The translations under genes and the position numbers were made by a program. The notes below the pieces were generated by a model. The model saw nothing but the letters and a program-made list of their open reading frames with translations, was not told where the DNA came from and did not search any database. A stretch of 64,000 bases of DNA from a virus: the IMG/VR virus record IMGVR_UViG_3300045988_147571, one strand, 5' to 3'. This document shows, piece by piece, positions 17,728-26,400 of the stretch (position 1 is the stretch's first letter; every line of letters starts with the position of its first letter).

Positions 17728-18210
17728 GTGAGGAACTATAAAAAAAGATCTAAATACGGTGTTGATCAAACAACTAAAGGTAAACAGAATCGTACTATTG
17801 TAGATAGAAAAACAGAAAAAGAAGTATGTTTCGATTCTCTATTAGAGAAAAAGTTTTATGAAGACATCATATGTACTGGGTTAGATTCCGGTGAAATTAT
17901 AGATTATGAACTACAAAAGAAATACAAATTACAACCATCTTTTAAACATAATGGAAAGACTATACGAGCAATAGACTATGTAGCAGATTTTTGGGTTAAA
18001 TACTCAGATGACAGCGAAAAAGTATTTGATACAAAAGGTGGAATGGTTGATCCTTCTGCTAAGATCAAACGAAAATTAATGTATTATATCTATCCTGATT
18101 TAGATTACGTATGGATTACTCATACTAAATCCACTGGTTGGATTGATTGGGATGAAAATGAAGCTTTAAAAAGAGCAAGGAAGAAAGAGGGAAAAAAGGA
18201 TGGAAATTAA
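17728..18210 (+). CDS. PD-(D/E)xK-type nuclease-like protein (DUF1064-like)
   Basis: GTG 17728 lies 7 nt after GGAG. The motif IDYVADFWV...VFDTKGG fits a D...(D/E)xK nuclease core. Confidence 0.4.
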   Translation: MRNYKKRSKYGVDQTTKGKQNRTIVDRKTEKEVCFDSLLEKKFYEDIICTGLDSGEIIDYELQKKYKLQPSFKHNGKTIRAIDYVADFWVKYSDDSEKVFDTKGGMVDPSAKIKRKLMYYIYPDLDYVWITHTKSTGWIDWDENEALKRARKKEGKKDGN

Positions 18211-18712
18211 TATTTTAGAATTTGTAAAAGAATATAAAGAAAACCCTATGGAAGCTTTAGGGAAACTTGAGGTTGAAAATTATGTGCCGTTTGCTACAAA
18301 AAGAGCACTTATAGATACAGTTATTGAAAGTATTCTCGAATACGATACTTCTCTTCTTACATACGAACCTATGAACAAACATTTAAACTTTGTTCTTTCC
18401 TGTGTAATCATTTATACGAATCTTGTTTATGAAGATGAAGAAGGACTTGATGCTTATGATGCATTAGTATCTTCTGGTCTTTTAGATAAAATTATTGAAA
18501 TGATTGGTGTAGATTACAGCGATATGGTCGCTATGTTCGAAGAAACACTCTCTGCCCGTATTTCATTTACTAATTCTATTTCTAATAGATTTAGTGCTTT
18601 TCTGGGTGTGCTAGAAAATGTTTTTAAAAATGCATCTCCAGAGCAGTTAGATTATTTACGAAAGTTGGCTGATACAGATGGGGACAATACCACAGCTAAG
18701 AGCGCTAATTAA
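18200..18712 (+). CDS. tail assembly chaperone candidate
   Basis: Acidic 170-aa protein two genes upstream of the TMP. Confidence 0.35.
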   Translation: MEINILEFVKEYKENPMEALGKLEVENYVPFATKRALIDTVIESILEYDTSLLTYEPMNKHLNFVLSCVIIYTNLVYEDEEGLDAYDALVSSGLLDKIIEMIGVDYSDMVAMFEETLSARISFTNSISNRFSAFLGVLENVFKNASPEQLDYLRKLADTDGDNTTAKSAN

Positions 18713-19142
18713 CGAAGGAATAACTATAGGCTTACAGCAGTTCGTTAATGAATATAAGCCTAAAATGGAACAAGATGCTCAGAAATCAGAAGAAAAATAT
18801 TACAATGACTATTCTTCCTGGGCTGACGGATATAGACATTTTGATTTAAAAAACATTCATACTATTACAGGTTTTGCTTTCAGTAGAAGCGCAGAGCTTA
18901 GGGCACGATTTGATTCAAGCAAAATGGCTGGAGGTCATGGAATCTGGAGACCTTTAAGTGATTATACTGCTGATCCAGAAACTGTTTTTTCATGGGGATT
19001 TGAAACAGGTAATCATGGATGGTATGTAGGAAAAACTCCTATTAGAACTTATTGGGAACAATATTTCCGAGCAAGAAAAACACAAGCCAAAGGGCAAGCT
19101 ACAAAATTTGTTATCAGCGGATTACATTCTGTTGGTTTATAA
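18678..19142 (+). CDS. hypothetical protein overlapping the chaperone candidate
   Basis: Overlaps the upstream gene by 35 nt in the +1 frame. That frame is open from 18651. Confidence 0.35.
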   Translation: MGTIPQLRALINEGITIGLQQFVNEYKPKMEQDAQKSEEKYYNDYSSWADGYRHFDLKNIHTITGFAFSRSAELRARFDSSKMAGGHGIWRPLSDYTADPETVFSWGFETGNHGWYVGKTPIRTYWEQYFRARKTQAKGQATKFVISGLHSVGL

Positions 19143-19159
19143 AAGTGAGGTGAGAAAAA

Positions 19160-21694
19160 ATGGCTGATTATACAATACAAGTAGGCGTAGAAGTTGAAGA
19201 TAGTAAATTGGATGCGCTGGAAACACGAATTAATTCATTAAAAGATAAACATGTTAAACTCAATGTGGATTTTGGTAATAGTAAGCAGTTGGCTAGAAAC
19301 GCTCAGACAGCGGTAAAAACTATTAATAAAGCTACTGTAAAAGCTGCCAAAAACAGTCCTTCAATTAAGGGGGCCAATCTTGTAGAACAAATGGTTGATC
19401 CCGAAAAAGCTTTAAAAGCAATGTCTAGTACAGTTGGCAAGCTATCTAAATATCAGGGAAAACTTGATTTAGGAGAAGTAAGACTTTCAGTTAATCAAGG
19501 GATTATGGGAGAACTAGATGGTCTTCTTAGTAAATTAAATGAAATTAAAGCAACTGCTAAGAACATGGGATCCATCAAACTTACTGTTGGTGATAATATT
19601 AAAACACAAGACGGTAAAATAGTTGTTGGATCAAATAGCAGTGCCTCTACTGGTTCTGTCAGATCATCTGGACTAACACTTAGACAAGCGCAGGCCGAAA
19701 TCAAAAAAAATATGAAAACCATTGGTACTTTACAAGAACAGTATATCAATGGTCATGTTGATGAATCTACATATAGACAGTCAAAAAAAACTATAGGACA
19801 AAGAAATGCTTATTTAGCAAGAATGGTGCAAACTCAAGGTACTGCTTCTGACTGGGTTACTTCTGCTACTGATTTTAGAGAAGCTCAAGCCAAGAATCGA
19901 GCTGCCTATAGAGAGATGATGTCTAGTGCTGATGCCTATGATAAAGTAATTAGTGATTTGGGTGAAAAACAAAAAACATTTAATGAAGCTGCTCAAGTAT
20001 ATAATTCTAACAGTAGAAGTCCATTAAATAAGACTTTAGGACCCGGATATCAAGCAAGGCTTACAGCTTTTAATGATGTCTATGGTCAATTAAAAGAGTC
20101 ACATGATAAAATCTCCACGCTTACTGGAGATGAAAAAGATCTTGAAAAAGTACGTTTCAGCGCTCTTAAATCTGAAGCTAATCGTCAAGCCAGACAGCTT
20201 AATAATGTGAGTCAGTTTTTCTCAAAAACTCCAAATAAATATAGTAGATCTGAATTTGTAGGTACAGACTTAGATGTGACTTCTGATAAAGTTCAGAATA
20301 AAATGTCACAAATGGTTGATAATCTTGCTAATGGCAGTAGATATACTAAAGAATTTAATGCAGCACAAGGAAAAATGTATGCTACAATAGACAGAGGCTC
20401 TGGTGTATTTGAAAAATATCAGCTTGCATACAAAAATGGGCCAGGTAATATCGATCAGTCTCTTAGCAAAGTCACTCAGAGCGTAAAACCTCTTTCTAGT
20501 TACATTTCTGAAATGGGACAAAAGTTCCGTAGTCTTAGCCAGTATCTTATCAGTAATTTCGGATTCCAAGCTTTAACAACAGGTATCAGATCAGGTGTTA
20601 CATCTATAAAAGAATTAGATTCAGCAATGACTGAATTAAAGAAAACCTCTGAAGGTACAAAACAGGAATATAGAGACTTTACTACTCAAGCTAGGAGTGA
20701 CGCTAAAGATATCGGTAGTACGACTACTCAGATTACTAATAGTGCTGCTGATTTCTCACGTCTTGACTACACACTTGGCGAATCTCAAACTCTAGCTAAA
20801 AATACTGGTATATTAAAAAATGTATCAGAATTTGAGTCTATAGATGATGCAACAACTGCTATGATTTCTATGATGAAAGCATATGATGTAAAAGTTGATG
20901 ATTCTATGGATCTCATTGATAAAATGAATCTTATTGGTAACAACTATGCAATTTCTACAGATGGAATTGCTACCGCTTTACAAGATTCAGGTTCAGCATT
21001 GGTAGCAGCGGGAAACGACTTTGACAAGTCAGTTGCTCTTGTGACGGCTGCTAATAGTGTAGTACAGGACCCATCAAAGGTAGGCGCTGGTCTTAGAACA
21101 ATTGCTTTACGACTTAGAGGCACTTCTGCTGAAGAATTATCTTCTATGGGTGAAGATACAGAAGGTCTTGTAGAGACCACTTCTAAACTTAATTCAAATA
21201 TTAAATCTCTTACTGCCGTTAACGGTAAGGCTGGAGTTTCTATTCTTGATATGAATGGAAACTATAGAGATACTTATGATATTTTAAAAGATATCTCTCA
21301 GGTTTGGGATGATATTGGTAAGCAAGATTTGGCAGATGGTCAGAATAGACAGGCTGCTCTGCTTGAAATGATGGCAGGAAAAAATAGAAGTAATATTCTT
21401 GCATCCATATTACAGCATCCTGAATTACTTACAGATGTTTATAATGATTCCGCAAATAATTATCAAAATTCAGCTCAGAACGAGCTTAATACATACCTTG
21501 ATTCTATCGAAGCAAAAACAACTAAAATTAAAGAATCTTGGTCACAGTTATGGCAATCAGAAGGTAGTACTAATACTTTTAAAGGATTGCTTGATATTGG
21601 CAACGGCGCTGTAGGACTCTTAAATGGTTTAGGACTCAATAAAACCTTAGCCGGAGTCGGCGGTATGCTTGTTAGCCATGCTATGAACTGGGGT
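19160..21694 (+). CDS. tape measure protein, exon 1
   Basis: TP901-type TMP core (DIGSTTTQITNSAADFSRL...GIATALQDSGSALVAAGNDFDKSVALVTAANSVVQDPSKVGAGLRTIALRLRG). Unspliced, the ORF ends at 21721 inside the P1 loop. Confidence 0.85.
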
Positions 21695-22114
21695 GGGACA
21701 AATTATCAGTTGGTCCTTTAGAAAACGCCCCATGTAACCTGGTGGTGACACGGAACGATCTCATATGAGAAAGGGGTTACTAAGCAAACAACCGAAACTG
21801 TCTTTATTCGAAGGAATAGAGAAATGCTTTTAATTTGGCATTCAGGGTGAACCGAAGTATATACTACTCCCCTATTACAGTAATGTAATAGGTATAGTAA
21901 CAACGTATATATATGGGTAATCTGCAGCGAAGCTTCTTTATTTTATAGAGAAGAACGTTCATCGACTATAATGGGAACTTGGTCTCCGGATCAAGAAGGA
22001 ATAGTCAGGACTGTTAGGCAGCTTACGCCGAATAAATTAAAGGGTAAATACATCTTACTCTTGTAAGCAATCTTACCTTATGTGCAAAGGTGATGTAAGC
22101 ACAAAAGCAAGAGA

Positions 22115-22225
22115 TTACTCTCCTGCTTCTTTATGTTTAATATAATATGTACAATCTTCATTTTCAAAGTAAGGACATTCCTCTTCCTTACATTCTTTGT
22201 AGAGAGGACATTCTAATATTTCCAT
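22115..22225 (-). CDS. 36-aa Cys-containing micro-ORF
   Basis: MEILECPLYKECKEEECPYFENEDCTYYIKHKEAGE. Perfect GGAGG 10 nt upstream of the ATG. Below the size cut-off of the ORF track. Confidence 0.45.
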   Translation of the reverse strand: MEILECPLYKECKEEECPYFENEDCTYYIKHKEAGE

Positions 22226-22300
22226 AATCTTTAAACCTCCATAGTATAGTTTTGTTGACTGTCTAAAAGAAATTATTGATTAATTTTCAGAATATAACCT

Positions 22301-22852
22301 TTAATGATTTAAAAAACATTGATCTAACTCTAATAATATTTTTTCCAAATCATCTATATTGATAATAAGAAAAAATTTTCCTTTATGATCTTCTCTAATA
22401 TCTTCGTCTTCAAATTGTATAGCTTTTATTTCAGTACTTGCGTTATGAGTTAATGGATGAATCATTAAACGATCATGGCAGACAGCATTCCTTAAATGTT
22501 TAATTACATTTCTTTCACAATTATTTTCTTTGTATGTGTTTTTATAGATCTCATTATACGTCTTATTAGTGAGTCTTTTTAATGTAGGCACATTCTGAAA
22601 ATTATCTTTTCTATTAGATAGATAATTAAAATATTTCTCTTTTGGAAAAACAAGTAACCCCAAAAAAGAATTTATTAATTGAGTGACCTCATAACATTTT
22701 TGATACTCAAATTCATTGGCAAACATAATTCTTTTTAAACAAGAAATCTCTTTATTTTTATTATGTCCAGCTAATTTTTGAATCATGAAATAATTCATTT
22801 GTGTCCTACAAATAAACTCTTTAACATAATCATCATCTTTAAAATTACTCAT
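22301..22852 (-). CDS. HEPN-like protein (Rx4H motif), predicted RNase
   Basis: The C-terminal half carries IKHLRNAVCHDRL (R-x4-H). About 180 aa, predicted helical. The start lies 6 nt after the upstream stop, with GGTGA inside the upstream gene. Confidence 0.5.
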   Translation of the reverse strand: MSNFKDDDYVKEFICRTQMNYFMIQKLAGHNKNKEISCLKRIMFANEFEYQKCYEVTQLINSFLGLLVFPKEKYFNYLSNRKDNFQNVPTLKRLTNKTYNEIYKNTYKENNCERNVIKHLRNAVCHDRLMIHPLTHNASTEIKAIQFEDEDIREDHKGKFFLIINIDDLEKILLELDQCFLNH

Positions 22853-22858
22853 AAACTA

Positions 22859-23362
22859 TCACCAAGTATATCCACAAGAGTTACACTTAAAGCTCTTGTT
22901 AATCTTCTTACTGAATAATCCCAATATTCCTACTGATACCATACGTTCTCCTGTAGAGATTTTACGAATATTGGTGGAACCACATGTTGGACACTTAGGC
23001 CCAGTAGAGAATTTCTGAGCATTCTGTTTGGCATACCACTGGTCTGTTATCCTGTTTTGCTCTTCTATTCCTTCAGGAGATTCACTATATTTTCTTTTTT
23101 TAACGGCAGAGTAATCTACTTCATTGTCTAACTTTCCATAAAAATATTTTTGCCTAAATATCTCAGATGATTCCAAATGACTAGGACAATGACCATCATG
23201 AGTTTTCTCATATTCTTTTGATAGCTCCATATATGCTGTAGACCAATCAATGCCAGTACCTATATAAGTTCCAGTTTCACAGGTATAACATTTATCTCCT
23301 ATTTTATAAGAAGAAGATGTACTAGTCTTTCCACATTTATTACAAAATAATAATTCTTCCAT
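22859..23362 (-). CDS. double zinc-ribbon protein
   Basis: CNKCGK...CYTCETG at the N-terminus. CPTCGSTN...hydrophobic VSVGILGLF...CNSCGYTW at the C-terminus. Confidence 0.55.
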   Translation of the reverse strand: MEELLFCNKCGKTSTSSSYKIGDKCYTCETGTYIGTGIDWSTAYMELSKEYEKTHDGHCPSHLESSEIFRQKYFYGKLDNEVDYSAVKKRKYSESPEGIEEQNRITDQWYAKQNAQKFSTGPKCPTCGSTNIRKISTGERMVSVGILGLFSKKINKSFKCNSCGYTW

Positions 23363-23403
23363 ATTGTTCCTTTTTATTATATATAGTAATTAAGATTAGC
23401 TAT

Positions 23404-23432
23404 ATTATATCACACAGTTTGGTTTTCGCCAA
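23404..23432 (-). promoter_or_regulatory. sigma-A/sigma-70-like promoter for the antisense cassette
   Basis: The minus strand reads TTGGCG-17 nt-TATAAT with a TG extension (TGaTATAAT). The -10 lies in the last 18 nt of the intron and the -35 in the first 11 nt of TMP exon 2. Confidence 0.45.
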
Positions 23433-26400
23433 GAATGAAGATGGAGAAATTTTACCGCAATCACGAAGAGCTCAACGTAATGCTGCTATAGCGAAAGGTT
23501 ATGTAGAAGCCAATAAAAATTGGCAAGCATATTCAGATGATTTAGAAGTTCTTAAAGAGCTTAACAAGCAACTTGATAATAATGGTCAGGCCATTACAGA
23601 CAACGAGCAACGTATGGCCAAAGCAAATGAAGTAACGAAGAATGCTAGTCAAAGAGCTAAAGATTATGGTAAACAAATGGCCACTAATGCTAAGACTCTC
23701 ACTGATTTTAAAAGAGAAAATGAGGTAGAGAAACCTGATCAACAGAAACAAGGGAAATGGTCCGATGGTCTAAAAAGTATGGCATCTGCAGGTCTCTCAA
23801 TGATTGGCAATGCTTTTATTTCCGCTGGTGTTGGAATGCTTGTGCAAGGAGCTTTCTCATTGCTTGGTAAAGGCATTGACGCTTTCGTTCATAAAAATGA
23901 GAACTTAATTGCTAAAGGTCAAGAAGCAAAAGAATCCATTCAATCCCAAACTAAAGCCTATGAAGACCAGAAAGCATCTCTTGGAGAACTTACTTCCAAA
24001 TACACAGAATTATCTAAAGGCGTAAAAATATCTGGTAATTCTATTAAAAATATTAGTCTTACAGATGATGAATATAAGGATTTCTTAAATACAAGTAATC
24101 AGATTGCTGCCGCAGCACCTAGTCTCACACGTTCATGGGACTCCCAGGGTAATGCCATTCTTAATGCTGGGACTAATGCTGAGGATTTAAACACTCAGAT
24201 TAATGATTACTTGAAGTTACAGAGGAACCTTACTTACTATGATACTAAGAAAAATATTAGTAATCAGTATGAGGGATATGAAACTGCTTTAGGTACTAAC
24301 GAGCGTCAAAAAAATGATTACAAAGATAAATATGATGCAGCAAAATTTAAAGTTAATTCTATGCAGAATTTTTCGAATATGCTTAAAAAGCAAAAAAAAG
24401 GAGAAGATACCTTTAGCTACACATTGGATCAAGCTGCATATGATGCACTCGGCAATACCTTTGGAAAAGCAATAAAAAACTATACACAATCTGCTGATGG
24501 TCAAACAATAACTTTGGAATTTGATGGCAAACAATTAGATTTTCTTAACAACGAAGCAGCCAACATATTAAGTTCTGATAGTAGTGAACTTCAAGAAGCT
24601 CATACCAATTTAGTTAATACACAAGAATCTATAGATGCAGCAAAAAGAGAAATGGTTTCTTCTATCAAGTCAATGGCAAGCACTATTGATTCTTTTGATA
24701 GCTGGGACGATCAAGATAAAGCATCAGAATTTCAATCACAGTTGAATAGTATGCTTAATTCTACGGACAATACCAGATTGCTTAATGATTTTAAAGAATC
24801 CGGTAAAGATATGGACACATGGCTTCGCAATAACATTGTGAACCCTATGTCAACTGCAAATTCAGATGAACAAAAACTTTGGGAACAAGCATTTGAAATG
24901 GAGCCTAAAGATAAAGAAACAGTTCAAGAATTTGCCGCTCGTAGAAATAATCTTTTCGATCAGATTGCTGCTATTTCTGACAGTGATTTTTGGGATAGAG
25001 ATACACTTGGAGAAGCTTTTGGCTTTAACCATACAGAATATGATGATAATGGAAAAGCTGAATTTGTATGGGAAAATCAAGATAAGTTAAATCGAATACA
25101 AGACGCATTGAAAAATGCAAAAGCCAGTAAAACAAAAGGCGATGCTTCTGATGTAAGAACAGATCTTAATAATATGACCCCTGATGAGTTGGACATAGCT
25201 GTACAAGTTATTACTGACTCAGATGCTTTAACTTCTATAGATTCTTTTTATGAGGCATTCGAAAAGGCTAAACAAGCAGCTAAAAATATGAGTGATCAGG
25301 CAGCCGTTTCTTTAGATTCAATGGAAACTAAAGTATCAACTGCTAAGTCTACTCTTTCTTCTATGGGAACTATTCTTACAGAGACTACTTCTGCAGGCGG
25401 AGTTTCTAAAGACAATGTTAAGATTCTTTCTACTGCTTTCAAAAATGTGAAAGACCCTCGTGGCATTGAGCAAAATGTTAATGATTTATTCACCACTACT
25501 TCTGATGGTATCAAACTAAACATAGATGCTTTGAAAACCTTTACGGAATATCAGACTGAAGCCACTGATGGAGATTTCGAAAAGGGTATTAAGTTACAGA
25601 CTAAAGCTATTGCCGAGCAAGCAGAAGAAACAGATAAAGCTTGGAAAGCTATTGCTAAAGCCGATGACAAGGAAGCAGCTAGAGCAACTTATAACGCAGA
25701 AAAAGATAAATTAAAAGATGCTAGAAACGAATATTTATCTTATATGCAATCTCAGTCTGAATGGCAAGCAACTAAGAAACAGCAACAGGAACTTCTTTCT
25801 TATTATTCTCAGTGGCAACGTGCCCAGAGTACGGAGAATGCCGGAGATAAATATAATAACATTGTTGCCGGACTAAAAAATGCTAAAGATGCATATGATA
25901 AAGGTCTTGTAGGTACAGATGATTTTAAATCATTTGCTGCTCTTATTTCTCCTACAGGTTCAGATGATAGAGCAAACTTTGCAGAGAATTATGGTAAAGC
26001 TGTAAGATACCTCACAGAAGATAAGACAGGTGTTAATAATTTCTTAGCTGATCTTAAATCTAAGGGTATGGCATCTTATGATGATGCAAGTAAAAGATGG
26101 TCATTTGACATAGATGATATGAGTAAAGCCGCTCGATCAATGGGAATCAGCAAAGAATTCATGAGTGCTAACTTCGGTCGTCTTCGTGATTATGGCATTG
26201 ATAATAATTTTATATCATCTACAGAAGAAGGTATAGATAGGGTTCAGGAACTTACTTCTGCTCTTTCAGACGAACAAAAACGACTTGAAGAATTAAAGAA
26301 TACGGATAGCACCAATACTACTGCTATTACTGCTTCTGAGGACAAAGTTAATAAATATAAACAGGATTTAAAAGAAACCTATGATAATATGGGTGACTAC

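Larger units (their letters stand above)
21695..23421 (+). mobile_element. group I intron in the tape measure gene, with antisense cargo
   Basis: The guide GAAAAC/GCCCCA (21721-21732) pairs with exon 2 GUUUUC (23422-23427, P10) and exon 1 UGGGGU (21689-21694, P1, with U21694-G21727 wobble). Omega-G at 23421. P7 GACUAU (21964-21969)/AUAGUC (22001-22006). P8 hairpin 21978-21995. In-frame junction NWG|VFAK. Confidence 0.8.

Noticed and set aside
18651-18712. Canonical -1 programmed frameshift of the tail chaperone pair.
   Set aside because: The downstream ORF is in the +1 frame and no slippery heptamer is visible. It is kept only as a low-interest open question.
21695-21721. The C-terminal tail GTNYQLVL* of the 853-aa ORF and the TTG start at 23419 of the 2891-aa ORF, read as real gene ends.
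   Set aside because: The stop lies inside the P1 loop/P10 guide of the intron. The TTG has no RBS and is preceded by AT-rich intron sequence. The in-frame P1/P10-defined junction explains both better.
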